From the NCBI GenBank assembly GCA_963702435.1, contig CAVPCR010000001.1:640001-704000 (forward strand): 64,000 nt of DNA. Direction: 5' to 3'. The notes below the pieces were generated by a model. It was not told where the DNA came from. It saw only the letters and a list, made by a program, of their open reading frames with translations, and did no database searches. The DNA is from Candidatus Eiseniibacteriota bacterium (GTDB lineage Bacteria > Eisenbacteria > RBG-16-71-46 > CAVPCR01). Position numbers and translations under genes: made by a program. Positions within the stretch are counted from its first letter, which is position 1, and the number at the start of each line of letters is the position of its first letter. Shown here one piece after another: positions 28,329 through 38,421 of this stretch.

Positions 28329-28940
28329 ATGAAGACAGTGCTGACGTGCGGCATCGCGCTCGGGATCCTGTTCGCGGTCCCGGCCATCGCTCAGGTCTGG
28401 ACCGAGGTGGATGACGCCGGAGATCTTCCGGGCACGGTGCAGACCCCGACCGGTTCCGGCGATTTGACCGCGATCGCGGGGACGATCATCGCGGACGATG
28501 CGGACATGTACTGCGTCCGCATCGACGTCCCGGCCAACTTCTCGGCGACGACGTGCGCCGGGACGACGCTCGACACCCAGCTCTGGCTCTTCTTCGAGGA
28601 CGGCCGCGGGGTGACGTACGACGACGACGACCCGGGCGGCTGCGGGCTCCAGTCGAAGATCACCGGCACCTTCGTTCCCGCCGCCGGGCAGTACCTGCTC
28701 GCGGTCACGGTGTACAACCGCGATCCGTGGGATGCGAGCGACCAGCTCATCTGGTTGAACTCGCCGTTCGGCAGCGAGCGCCAGCCCGACGGCCCCGGCG
28801 CGGCGAACCCGATCGCGAGCTGGAACGGCACGACGAGCGACAACGGGTCCTACACGATCGCCTTGACGGGCGTCACGTTCTGCACGCCGAATGCGGTCGA
28901 GCCGGCCACCTGGGGCGAGATCAAGAACCTCTATCGCTAG
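28329..28940 (+). CDS. Secreted DVUA0089-like protein with TWGEIKNLYR tail (paralog 3)
   Basis: AAGGAGG RBS; DAGDLPGT, DTQLWLF, DDDDPGGCGLQS; colinear with paralogs 1 and 2. Confidence 0.85.
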   Translation: MKTVLTCGIALGILFAVPAIAQVWTEVDDAGDLPGTVQTPTGSGDLTAIAGTIIADDADMYCVRIDVPANFSATTCAGTTLDTQLWLFFEDGRGVTYDDDDPGGCGLQSKITGTFVPAAGQYLLAVTVYNRDPWDASDQLIWLNSPFGSERQPDGPGAANPIASWNGTTSDNGSYTIALTGVTFCTPNAVEPATWGEIKNLYR

Positions 28941-28973
28941 CAACGAGCGCCGACCGCGCGGGCGGACGATGCG

Positions 28974-29016
28974 GCAGCGCCCCGGGGACCGGATCTTCAG
29001 GTCCCCGGGGCGCTGT
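28974..29016 (+). terminator. Strong hairpin after paralog 3
   Basis: CAGCGCCCCGGGGACC/GGTCCCCGGGGCGCTG stem; U-tract is weak. Confidence 0.55.
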
Positions 29017-29042
29017 GCGTGGGCCGTGCTAGTGTCGTGATC

Positions 29043-30326
29043 ATGTCCGCGCCGCGCGTGCTCCTCCTCATCCCGACCACCACCTATCGCGCCGCGCCGT
29101 TCCTCACCGCCGCCGAGCGCCTCGGGATCGACCTGACGATCGGTTCGAACCGCTGCCACACGCTCGCTCGCCGGTGGCCGCGCGCCGGCACGATCGCGAT
29201 GCACTTCGATGAGCTGGAGGAATCGCTGGCGGTGATCCGCGATGCGGCGCGGGCGCGGCCCTTCGCCGCCATCCTCGCCGTGGACGACACGGCGACCGAG
29301 CTCGCGGCGCGGGCGAGCGCCGAGCTCGGCCTGCCCCACAACGCACCGGCGGCGGCGCACGCCGCGCGGAACAAGCGCGCGCTCCGCGAGGCGCTGGCGC
29401 GCGCCGGAGTCGGGTCACCGCGGCATCTGGCGTTCGGGGCCGAGGAGCGACCGGAGGATGCAGCCCGCGCGGTCGGTGCGCACCTCGGCTTCCCCTGCGT
29501 CTTGAAGCCGCTCGTGCTCTCCGGGAGCCGCGGCGTGATCCGCGCCGACGACCCGGCCGCGTTCGCCGCCGCCTGGCGGCGGCTCGGCGCCATCCTCGGC
29601 GCGCACGATCTCAAGAAGCGCCGCGATCGGGCCCTTGACGAGGTCCTGGTCGAGGAGTTCGTGCCGGGGAGCGAGGTGGCGCTCGAGGGCCATCTCGCCG
29701 CAGGCGAGCTCCGCACGCTCGCGCTCTTCGACAAGCCCGACCCGCTCGACGGGCCGTTCTTCGAGGAGACGATCTACGTCACGCCGTCGCGGCTCCCGCC
29801 GGCGACCCAGGAGGCGATCCGGGCGGCTGCTGCGGGCGCCGCCGCGGCGATCGGGCTCGCCCACGGCCCCGTGCACGCCGAGCTCCGCGTTAATCCGGCC
29901 GGCGTCTTCGCGATCGAGGTGGCCGGCCGCTCGATCGGCGGCCTCTGCTCGCGCGCGCTTCGCTTCGGGCTCGGGGACGTGTCGCTCGAGGAGCTGATCC
30001 TGCGCGGCGCCCTCGGGATGGAGATCGACTCCCTCGCGGCCCGCGTGCCGGAAGCGTCCGGGGTCGAGATGCTGCCGATCCCGCGGGCGGGCATCCTGCG
30101 CCGCGTCGAGGGGATCGCGGACGCGGCGGCGGTCCCGGGCGTGACCGGGGTCGAGATCACGATCCGCCCGGGCGAGCAGGTGATCCCGCTCCCCGAGGGA
30201 TCGCGCTACCTGGGCTTCGTGTTCGCCCGCGGCGCCCATCCGGACGAGGTCGAGACGGCGCTCCGCGCCGCGGCGGCGCGGCTCCGCTTCACGATCACGC
30301 CGGCGGCCGCGATCGCGGCGGGCTAG
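29043..30326 (+). CDS. ATP-grasp domain protein
   Basis: RNKRALRE, FPCVLKPLVLSGSRGVIRAD, LVEEFVPGSEVALEG, LFDKPDPLDGPFFEETIYVTPS, HAELR. Confidence 0.9.
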   Translation: MSAPRVLLLIPTTTYRAAPFLTAAERLGIDLTIGSNRCHTLARRWPRAGTIAMHFDELEESLAVIRDAARARPFAAILAVDDTATELAARASAELGLPHNAPAAAHAARNKRALREALARAGVGSPRHLAFGAEERPEDAARAVGAHLGFPCVLKPLVLSGSRGVIRADDPAAFAAAWRRLGAILGAHDLKKRRDRALDEVLVEEFVPGSEVALEGHLAAGELRTLALFDKPDPLDGPFFEETIYVTPSRLPPATQEAIRAAAAGAAAAIGLAHGPVHAELRVNPAGVFAIEVAGRSIGGLCSRALRFGLGDVSLEELILRGALGMEIDSLAARVPEASGVEMLPIPRAGILRRVEGIADAAAVPGVTGVEITIRPGEQVIPLPEGSRYLGFVFARGAHPDEVETALRAAAARLRFTITPAAAIAAG

Positions 30327-31816
30327 GCCGATCCGGACGACGCGGACGAGGCGGCCGAGACGGCCGACTCGAGCCCGCCATCCCAGCCCTGCGTGGCGAG
30401 GGTCAACTGACCCTCCATCGGCTCCGCTCAGCAGAACCAGTCCTCGGTGAGGCGGGGCGGGCGCCCGCGCTCGCGCCCGGCCGGGAACGCCGGCGCGACC
30501 GGAAGCGCGTCATGCGCGCTGCCGAGACGCTCGGCAGCGATGGCCGAGATCGCCGCGAAGGTCGCGAAGGCATCGTCCCCGCGGCGCGCGGCGGCCGCGA
30601 CGAGGAGCGCGACCTCCGGGGCGAGCGCGTCGAGGCGCGGATCGGGATGCGTCCAGCGATAGGTGGCGGCGGCCGCATCGAGCGCGCCGAGATGCGGTGC
30701 GAACTCGGGCCCGTCGAGGAGATGCGATCCGGGCGGCACGAGGAGGCGGAGCGCGTACTGCACGGGATCGACGTGATCGACGAGCCCCTCGCCGGCGACG
30801 AAGGCGAGGAGCTCGCGATAGTCGGCGGCGGTGGTCCACGGCGTGAAGGCGACGAAGGTCGGGCGGAGCGGGACCCGCGCGGCGCGCAGCACCTGGAGAG
30901 CGGTCGCGACATCGGCCCGCGTGTGCCCCTTCCGGAGGATCGCGAGCACGCGATCCGAGAGCGACTCGACCGCCGAGACGACGAATGCGCAGCCGAGATC
31001 TGCGAGCTCGGCGAAGAGCGTGCGATGCCTGACGATGTTCGAGACCTTGGTCGTCACATCGAAGGTGAGATGCGGGTGGCGCGCGTGCATCGCGCGGACG
31101 ATGCCGAGCACGTGGCCGGGACCGTTCAGGAAGTCGGGGTCGCCGAAGGTCACGTGCCCGGCCCCGGCGGCGACCAGCGCGTCGACGTCGGCGAGGACGG
31201 CCGCCGCCGGCACCACGAAGAAGCGGCCGCCGTAGATCGGCGGAATCGGGCAATGACGGCAGAGATGGAGGCAGCCGCGACTCGCCTCGACGTAGCCCGC
31301 GGGCACGCGCTCGCCGTCGCGCTCGAGGTGTGCGTAGTGATGGAGGCCGGGCAACCCGCTCCGGCTCGGCACCGGGAAGTCGAGGCGGGCGAGGTGCGGG
31401 CGCGCTCCCGGCTCCGGCGCGGGCGCGCCGGAAGGCGCCGCCAGCTCCTCCGCAAGCGCTACCAGCGCTGCCTCGCACTCGCCGCCGAACACGGAGTCGG
31501 CGCCGCACTCGCGCCGGAGCGAGTCGGCATGGAGCAGCGCGTAATGACCGAAGTAGGCGAGATGACAGCGCGGATTCGCCGCCTTCACGCGCCGGCCGAC
31601 GCCGGCCCCGATGCGAAGCGCGGTGTGCATCGGGACCGAGATGGCGACGAGGGATGCGCGTTCGACATCCGCGCGGTCAAGCGGCGCGAGCGACAGATCG
31701 CGGAGCGCCGGGCGGAACCCGGCCCGTTCGAGGAAGGCGGCGAGCGAGGCGAGCGCGAGCGGCTGGTGCCCGAGCTCGTAGCAGGAGAGAAGGAGGATCC
31801 GACCGGGATCGCGCAC
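30323..31816 (-). CDS. CUAEP-tail radical SAM selenoprotein (UGA at 30428-30430 read as Sec)
   Basis: LLSCYELGHQP N-terminus, RGCLHLCRHC cluster motif, C-terminus RLTEDWFC-TGA-AEP. The frame stays open 35 codons to TAG. Start codon approximate. Confidence 0.85.
30398..30415 (-). promoter_or_regulatory. Bacterial SECIS-like hairpin
   Basis: GAGGGTC-AGTT-GACCCTC starts 12 nt 3' of the in-frame UGA, with GU in the apical loop. Confidence 0.75.
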
Positions 31817-31857
31817 GGCGGGACCGGGTGCTTCAGGGCGGGGAACCGCCGCCCGCG

Positions 31858-32133
31858 CTACTTGGACGACGGCGGCTTGTACTCGGGCGGCAGCGCCGCG
31901 CCCTCGCCGAAGAAGAACTGCTCCATCTGCTCCATGAGGATCTTCTGCGATTCGGGGTTGGCCATGCTCAGGCGGAACTCGTTCACGACCATGGTCATGT
32001 GCTGGGTCCAGAGCTTCCACCCTTCCTTCGATACGCTGTCGTAGAGGCGCTGGCCGAGCTCGCCGGCGAAGGGCGGCTTGTCGAGTCCCTCGAGCTCGCG
32101 TCCCAGCTTCACGCACTGGACCATCCGCGCCAT
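31858..32133 (-). CDS. yggX: Oxidative damage protection / Fe(II)-trafficking protein YggX
   Basis: [42 protein letters not shown]...NEFRLSM...MEQFFF. Confidence 0.92.
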   Translation of the reverse strand: MARMVQCVKLGRELEGLDKPPFAGELGQRLYDSVSKEGWKLWTQHMTMVVNEFRLSMANPESQKILMEQMEQFFFGEGAALPPEYKPPSSK

Positions 32134-32250
32134 GAATCGAACCTCCTCCCGGGCCTGCCGTGGTGGGCGCCGCGTTGCGCGGTGACGAGGCCGCCGCGGA
32201 ACGTGGCACGGGGATGAAGCTACCGCGGAATGGAGTGCGGCGGCAAGGGC

Positions 32251-32322
32251 CTGGAACCAGGTACCTGTCCGGAATCGCGTGCGCGTCTGGGATCGAGTCC
32301 GCGTCTGGAATCGAGTCCGCGC
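32251..32322. repeat. Degenerate 18-bp tandem repeat x4 between divergent yggX and nupC
   Basis: CTGGAATCGAGTCCGCGT-like units at 32251, 32269, 32287 and 32305. Confidence 0.75.
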
Positions 32323-32487
32323 CGGCCGCTCCACGCGGAGTCCGAACCGTGCTACCTTCCGCCGCTCACGGGCCCGCAGCTGCGCCCGGCCGCGCGGGTC
32401 AGGGCACCGCCGAGGCAGCGCGGGAGAACCGGGCGGGCGGTGGCCCTGCAGATCGAGGCGACCCGCGGCGACCCGCGGAGGATCGGC

Positions 32488-33735
32488 ATGGAGCGACTCA
32501 CCAGCGCCTTCGGCGTCGTCGTCATGATGGCGATCGCCTTCCTCCTCTGTCCGCGCGAGCGGCGGCGCCACGTGAACCTGCGCACGATCGGCTGGGGGCT
32601 CGCCCTCCTCGTCGGGTTCGCCGTGATCGTGCTCCGCACTCCCGCCAATCGGGCCTTCGTCCTCGCCAACGATCTGGTCGACGGCCTCCTCGGCTTCAGC
32701 CGGCAAGGCGCCACGTTCATCTTCGGCGATCTCGTCACCCGCCCCGACTCCTTCGGCTACATCTTCGCCTTCCAGGTGCTGCCGACCATCATCTTCTTCG
32801 CCGCGCTCATGTCGATCCTGTACTACGTGCGCCTGATGCCGCTCCTCGTCCGCGTCATGGCGCGCGGCCTCGCCCGCTTCCTCGGGACGAGCGGCGCCGA
32901 GAGCTTCTCGACCGTCTCGGACATCTTCGTCGGCCAGACCGAGGCCCCGCTCGTCATCCGGCCCTACCTGCCGACCCTCACCCACTCGGAGCTCCTCGCC
33001 TGCATGACCGCCGGCTTCGCCACCACGGCCGGCGGGGTGCTCGCCGCCTACGTCGCGATGCTCAACCCGTACGTGCCGCAGATCGCAGGGCACCTCATCG
33101 CATGCAGCGTGATGTGCGCGCCGGCTTCGATCGTGATCGCCAAGCTCATCCTGCCGGAGACCGAGACGCCGCACACGCTCGGCCGAGTCGACATCGAGAT
33201 CCCGCGCACCAATGCGAACCTGCTCGACGCGGTGGCGACCGGGACGACCGACGGCCTTCGCCTCGCAGTCAACGTCGGCGCCATGCTCATCGCCTTCCTC
33301 GCCCTGACCGCGATGCTCGATGCCACGCTCGGCTGGATCGGGAGCACCTTCTTCGGGACGGCGCTCAGCCTCGCCCGCCTCTCGGGCTGGATCTTCGCGC
33401 CGCTCGCCTTCGCCATGGGCGTGCCTGCAGCGGACGTCGTCAAGGTCGGGAGCCTTCTCGGCGAGAAGACGGTGCTGAACGAGTTCGTCGCCTACACGCA
33501 CCTGAGCCAGCGCCTGGCGGAAGACCCGGCCTGGATCTCCGAGCGCGGCCGCTTGATCGCCTCGTACGCGCTCTGCGGGTTCGCCAACTTCGGCTCGATC
33601 GGCATCCAGATCGGCGGCTACTCGGGGCTCGCTCCCAGCCGGCGCGCGGACCTGTCGCGGCTCGCGCTGCGCGCGATGATCGGTGGCCTCCTCACGACCT
33701 GCATGGTGGCCTGCGTCGCCGGCGTGCTCCTGTAA
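32488..33735 (+). CDS. nupC: Concentrative nucleoside transporter (NupC/CNT family)
   Basis: [50 protein letters not shown]. Confidence 0.92.
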   Translation: MERLTSAFGVVVMMAIAFLLCPRERRRHVNLRTIGWGLALLVGFAVIVLRTPANRAFVLANDLVDGLLGFSRQGATFIFGDLVTRPDSFGYIFAFQVLPTIIFFAALMSILYYVRLMPLLVRVMARGLARFLGTSGAESFSTVSDIFVGQTEAPLVIRPYLPTLTHSELLACMTAGFATTAGGVLAAYVAMLNPYVPQIAGHLIACSVMCAPASIVIAKLILPETETPHTLGRVDIEIPRTNANLLDAVATGTTDGLRLAVNVGAMLIAFLALTAMLDATLGWIGSTFFGTALSLARLSGWIFAPLAFAMGVPAADVVKVGSLLGEKTVLNEFVAYTHLSQRLAEDPAWISERGRLIASYALCGFANFGSIGIQIGGYSGLAPSRRADLSRLALRAMIGGLLTTCMVACVAGVLL

Positions 33736-33875
33736 GGAGCGCGGTCACCGAACGCGGTGCGGCCGGCGGCGGCGCCCCGCACGCTCGGCGGGAATGCGCT
33801 ACGCTTGTCGGCAGGCGACCGCGACCTTCTTGCTCGCCGCGGCCACTCGGCATCCGTCCACCCGGGAGGTCCAGA

Positions 33876-35648
33876 GTGCACGTGCTCCGCTCGTTCTGCC
33901 GGCCGCTCCACCTGGTGCCGTTCCCCGTCATCGTCATCGTCCTCCTCCACGTCCTGGCCTCGGCGGCGGCGCGCAGCGCCGGGGCAACGCCCGGGCCGAT
34001 CACGGTGACCGGGATCCCCGCCGGCACCGGGGCCCGCCCCGCCGGCGAGACGGGCAGCGGCTTTGCGCTCATCTGGCCGCAGACCGTGCTCTCGACCGTC
34101 GTGCCGCCCGTGTTCCACGACCTCGACGACGACGGCACGCTCGACGTGATCGCCGCCGACGACCGCTACGCCTACGTGTTCGATCATCTCGGGAATCTTC
34201 GCCCGGGCTGGCCGGTCCAGATCGGGGGCGCGATGATGCAGGCGGCGGTCGCCGACCTGGACGAGGACGGCAGCCCCGAGATCCTGTGGGGCTCGACCCT
34301 GCCGGCCCCGAGGCTGTGGGCGTTCACTCCGGCCGGCCAGACGCGGTGGGTGGCGAACCTCCCGTACCTGACCTTCGCGAACGCCACCTGTCCGGTCATC
34401 GCCGATCTGGATGGCGACGGCCATCTCGATGTCGGGATCGCGACCGAGACCGGCGTGAGCTTCTTCGATGCGGACGGCGCGCCGCTTCCCGGCTGGCCCT
34501 ACACCTGGCCCGTCCCCATCAACAACCCACAGTGGTCCGCGCCCGCGGTCGGCGACCTGGACGGGGACGGGTCGCTCGAGGTCGTGATCGGGAACGCCTG
34601 CTATCCGGACTGGGGCGTGCATGCGGTCGCCGCCGACGGCACGGCGCTCCCGGGCTGGCCGAAGGTGATCCTCCCGGTCTGGTCCTCGCCGGCGCTCGCC
34701 GACCTGGATGCGAACGGCGACCTCGAGATCATCGCGCAGGAGGGCGACCCGGGATCGCAGGGCTACCGGATGTGGGTCTGGCACCACGATGGAACGGTCG
34801 TCAGCGGCTGGCCGCGGGCGATCGCCGCCGACGGGCAGTCCTCGCGCTCGTCGCCCGCGGTGGGAGATCTCGACCGCGACGGCGATCTCGAAATCGCGAC
34901 CGCCACGTCCGACGGCCGCCTGCACGTGCTCGCGGCGAACGGGATCGAGCTCCCCGGCTGGCCGCGCGCCACCGGCGGCGTGCAGCCGATCGCCTCGCCG
35001 TCGGTCATCGACATGAATGCGGACGGCGCGGAGGAGATCTTCCTCACCTACTGGCTCGCGAACGCGCAGTACATTGCCGGCTGGGATCTCGAGGGGAACG
35101 TGCTCGGCGGTTTCCCGAAGCTCCTCCTGGCCGGGACCGACATGAACTCGCACTCCTCGGTGCACGTCGCCGATGTCGAGGGCGACGGCGATCTCGAGCT
35201 CACGGTCTCGGGTGCGAGCTTCGCTGCGGGGCGGATCCTGGTGCTCGCGGTGGATGGAAGCGTCTACGACCCGCTCACCTCGCGGCACGACTGGCCGAAG
35301 ATGCGGCGCGACATGGAGAACACGGGGGCGCGCGCGGCCGGCGGCACCACAGCGGTCGGAGCGGCGGCGGCGCCGGCCGCGGTCCGGCTTGCGATCGCGC
35401 CGAACCCGGTCCGCGGCGGCGGCGCCGTGCGCATTGCGACCGGGACCGCGGGGCGGCTGGCCGTCTACGATGCGCTCGGCCGATGTCGCGGCGATGCGGC
35501 GCTCGGGAGCGGGGAGACGCGTCTCGTCCTCGACGGCCCCGGCGGACTTCTCGGCCGGCAGGAAGTGGGTCCTGGTGTCTATTTTCTGCGGTTTCTACCA
35601 GAGCGCGGGACGACCGTGACCGCGCGGCTCGTCATCGCGGGCGACTAG
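33876..35648 (+). CDS. Secreted FG-GAP/VCBS repeat protein with C-terminal T9SS/FlgD-like domain
   Basis: Repeated SPAxxDLDGDGxLE and PGWP motifs; C-terminus APNPV...GPGVYFLR; GGAGG RBS before GTG. Confidence 0.85.
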   Translation: MHVLRSFCRPLHLVPFPVIVIVLLHVLASAAARSAGATPGPITVTGIPAGTGARPAGETGSGFALIWPQTVLSTVVPPVFHDLDDDGTLDVIAADDRYAYVFDHLGNLRPGWPVQIGGAMMQAAVADLDEDGSPEILWGSTLPAPRLWAFTPAGQTRWVANLPYLTFANATCPVIADLDGDGHLDVGIATETGVSFFDADGAPLPGWPYTWPVPINNPQWSAPAVGDLDGDGSLEVVIGNACYPDWGVHAVAADGTALPGWPKVILPVWSSPALADLDANGDLEIIAQEGDPGSQGYRMWVWHHDGTVVSGWPRAIAADGQSSRSSPAVGDLDRDGDLEIATATSDGRLHVLAANGIELPGWPRATGGVQPIASPSVIDMNADGAEEIFLTYWLANAQYIAGWDLEGNVLGGFPKLLLAGTDMNSHSSVHVADVEGDGDLELTVSGASFAAGRILVLAVDGSVYDPLTSRHDWPKMRRDMENTGARAAGGTTAVGAAAAPAAVRLAIAPNPVRGGGAVRIATGTAGRLAVYDALGRCRGDAALGSGETRLVLDGPGGLLGRQEVGPGVYFLRFLPERGTTVTARLVIAGD

Positions 35649-35651
35649 CAC

Positions 35652-36056
35652 GTGGACAGCGCGCGCGGCCTCCTGCATCACGTCGAGCTCTATGTGAGCG
35701 ACCTCGCGCGCTCGGTCGAGTTCTGGGGTTGGTTGCTGGGCGAGCTCGGATACGAACCATTCCAGGCCTGGGCGAGCGGCCGGAGCTGGCGGCGAGGACC
35801 CACCTACATCGTCCTCGTCCAGGCGGCGACCCGTCATCTCACGCCGGCCTACGACCGGCGGCGCGTGGGGCTCAATCACCTCGCCTTCCACGCCGGATCG
35901 CGCGCGGAGGTGGACCGTCTGAGCGCCGAGCTCGGCCGCCGCGGCATCCCCATCCTCTATCCGGAGCGCCATCCGCATGCCGGCGGCGAGGAGAGCTACG
36001 CGGTCTTCTTCGAGGATCCGGATCGCATCAAGATCGAGGTGGCGGCGCCGGAGTGA
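35652..36056 (+). CDS. VOC/glyoxalase family protein
   Basis: LHHVELYVSDL, GLNHLAFHA, YAVFFEDPDRIKIE. Confidence 0.9.
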   Translation: MDSARGLLHHVELYVSDLARSVEFWGWLLGELGYEPFQAWASGRSWRRGPTYIVLVQAATRHLTPAYDRRRVGLNHLAFHAGSRAEVDRLSAELGRRGIPILYPERHPHAGGEESYAVFFEDPDRIKIEVAAPE

Positions 36057-36243
36057 AACCAGCGGCACGGAGGAACGAGGGGCCGATCGGGCTCGACGCC
36101 GACATCCGTGCGATCGCCGTTGCCCATCTCTGCCTGGCAGCGACCGATCGCGCTCTGTAGGGGTGCGCTCGGCGACGCATGGGCGCCATGGCTCGGGTGG
36201 CCGCAGTCGAGCATTCACCGTCGCAGCCAGCCCTTCTCGCCCG

Positions 36244-36343
36244 CACCCCGCGGTAAACGCTGTCGGGTCTTGTGAACTCCTCTCCCTTACGGCCCCGACC
36301 ACCACACCCCGCGTTGAACGCTGTCGGGTCTTGTGAACTCCTC
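36244..36343 (+). repeat. Direct repeat pair (core AACGCTGTCGGGTCTTGTGAACTCCTC, period 61)
   Basis: Copies at 36244-36282 and 36305-36343; inverted homologs at 49617-49732. Confidence 0.9.
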
Positions 36344-36716
36344 CTCATGTCCGGTTTGCGGTGAAGTCTCGCCTGGATGCAACCATACGCAATGGTCGTG
36401 CCACCCTGCGATCCAGTGCTCGCTCCTGGCCACTCCCAGGATCGACCGTAACGCCGGAGGGACGTCACGACCGGAATGGACGCACCGGCCCGCGGATGAC
36501 CATCCGGGTTCTCCCTCTCACCTGCACGGTCGCTGCGCACGACGTGGTCGGTTCTGCCGACGCCGTTGCCACAGCGCCACGCCTGTGCGTGGCCATCGCC
36601 CCGCATCAGGATCGCTCTGGCCCCACCGCGACGGGAGGTCTAGGATCCCGCGCGGAACGGCCCCGCCACCCCGAACCGATCAGGTCGGGCCTCGTGACCC
36701 AAGGGAGGACCAGCCA

Positions 36717-36992
36717 GTGGATTGGAGACTCTTTGCCTCCACCTTCGCCGCCATCTTTCTCGCGGAACTCGGAGACAAGACCCAGCTCGCCACGCTCTCG
36801 CTCGCCGCGGGCGGCTCGTCGCGCGTGGTCGTGTTCGCCGGCGCGGCCCTCGCCCTCGTCGCCACCTCGGCGGTCGCCGTCCTCGCCGGCGAAGCCGTCT
36901 CCCGCGTGATCCCGCCGGTCTGGATCCGGCGCGGAGCCGGGGCCCTCTTCATCGTGCTCGGCGTGGTCTTCCTCCTCGGGCGCGGGGAGTAG
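36717..36992 (+). CDS. TMEM165/GDT1 (UPF0016) family single-domain cation transporter
   Basis: IFLAELGDKTQLAT signature; GGAGG RBS. Confidence 0.9.
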   Translation: MDWRLFASTFAAIFLAELGDKTQLATLSLAAGGSSRVVVFAGAALALVATSAVAVLAGEAVSRVIPPVWIRRGAGALFIVLGVVFLLGRGE

Positions 36993-37086
36993 AACGATGG
37001 AACCCCCGGACCCCCTGCCCGATCGACCCGATCGACCTCCTCGCCGTCCGAATCCTTTGGCCCGGCTCCGGCTCCCACCGGGTGCC

Positions 37087-38421
37087 ATGGGAACACGACT
37101 CGCCATCGCCACGGCGGCCCTCCTCCTCGCCACCCTCGCCGGCCCGGTCGCCGCCGAGACCTGGACCCTCGACCGCGTGCTCGCCCAGGTCCGGGTCACG
37201 GATCCCGGGGTGAAGGCCGCCCAGGCCGAAGGCCGGGCCGGTCGCGCCGAGGGCGGAGCGGCCTGGTCGGCCCTCCTCCCCCGCCTTCGCTTCGAGAGCG
37301 GCCTCCTCCGCACCGACGACCCCGCGGTCCTCTTCTCGGAGAAGCTCTGGCAAGGGCGTTTCACCGAGGAGGACTTCGCGCTCGACGCCCTCAACTTCCC
37401 CGACCCCGAGACCGCGCTCCAGTACGGCTTCGTCCTCGAGCAACCGATCTGGAACCGCGGCGCCGAGTTCACGTCCCCCTCCCTCGCCGGCCATGTCGGC
37501 GCCGCCGCCACCGCCAACGAGGCGGCGCGCGTCGCCGATCATCTCCTCGGCGCGGTCGAGACCTGGGTGGGCGCCGCCCGGGCCCGCGACGCGCTCCGCG
37601 CCGATTCGCTCGCCGTCCGCGCTTCCCGCGAAAACTGGCGCTCGGCCGTCGAACTCCACTTGAAGGGGCAGGTGGCCGAGCTGGATACGCTCCGCGCCGC
37701 CGCCCGCTACGGCGAGGCCGAGCTCGGTCGCCTCGATTCGAGGAAGGAGTATGCCGTCTCGCTCGATCGGCTGGCCTCGCTCGTCGGCCAGCCCGTCGCC
37801 GCCGCCGACGTCGCCGGCCTCGAGCCGCAGGCCCTGAACGCGCTGCCCGCGCTGCCGGACACTGCGGTCTCGCAGTTGATTGCGGATTACCACGGAGATC
37901 TGCGGTCGGCCGAGGAGCGCGCCGAGGCCCTCGCCATCGAGTCGCGGCGTTCCGCCTACGCCTTCGCCCCGTCGCTCAACTCGCGCTTCACCTACACCTG
38001 GTACCGGCCCTGGGACGACGGCGGGAGCGAGGACCGCTGGGCGGCCGGGCTCGCCCTGGCCTGGCCGCTCTTCGACGGCGGGCGTCTCGTCCGCGAGCGG
38101 CAGATGGCGACCGCCCGGGCCGAGGCCGCCCGCGCCGAGACGCAGGTCCTCCGGCGGAACCTCGCGACCGCCGCCACCGCCGCCCGCGAGGAGCGGGCGA
38201 TCGCCGACGAACGGGTGCGCGTGACGCGCGCCGCGAGCGCCGCCGCCACCGAGGCGCTCCGCCTCGCCTCCGCGCGCTACGCGGCCGGACTCCTGCCGCA
38301 GAGCGAGCTCCTCTCGGCCGAGGCCGGCGCCGCCCGCGCTCGCCAGGACGAGATCGCCGCCGCCGCCGGACTCGTGCTCGCCCACTATCGCTACCTGCAC
38401 GCGATCGGAGAACTGCGATGA
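37087..38421 (+). CDS. TolC-family outer membrane efflux protein
   Basis: Signal peptide, LEQPIWNRG, LAWPLFDGG, ARYAAGL; first gene of an RND operon. Confidence 0.82.
   Translation: MGTRLAIATAALLLATLAGPVAAETWTLDRVLAQVRVTDPGVKAAQAEGRAGRAEGGAAWSALLPRLRFESGLLRTDDPAVLFSEKLWQGRFTEEDFALDALNFPDPETALQYGFVLEQPIWNRGAEFTSPSLAGHVGAAATANEAARVADHLLGAVETWVGAARARDALRADSLAVRASRENWRSAVELHLKGQVAELDTLRAAARYGEAELGRLDSRKEYAVSLDRLASLVGQPVAAADVAGLEPQALNALPALPDTAVSQLIADYHGDLRSAEERAEALAIESRRSAYAFAPSLNSRFTYTWYRPWDDGGSEDRWAAGLALAWPLFDGGRLVRERQMATARAEAARAETQVLRRNLATAATAAREERAIADERVRVTRAASAAATEALRLASARYAAGLLPQSELLSAEAGAARARQDEIAAAAGLVLAHYRYLHAIGELR

Noticed and set aside
32204..32220. TGGCACG as a sigma54 promoter
   Set aside because: The GC is displaced by 2 nt from the obligatory GG-N10-GC spacing.
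36244..36343. CRISPR array interpretation of the repeat pairs here and at 49617-49732
   Set aside because: Only two units per locus, unequal periods (61 and 67), short spacers, mismatched repeats and no cas genes in the window.
36060..36700. Short ORFs in the atypical region around the left repeat pair, and likewise 49200-49610
   Set aside because: No coding bias, RBS or motif; probably non-coding or decayed DNA.
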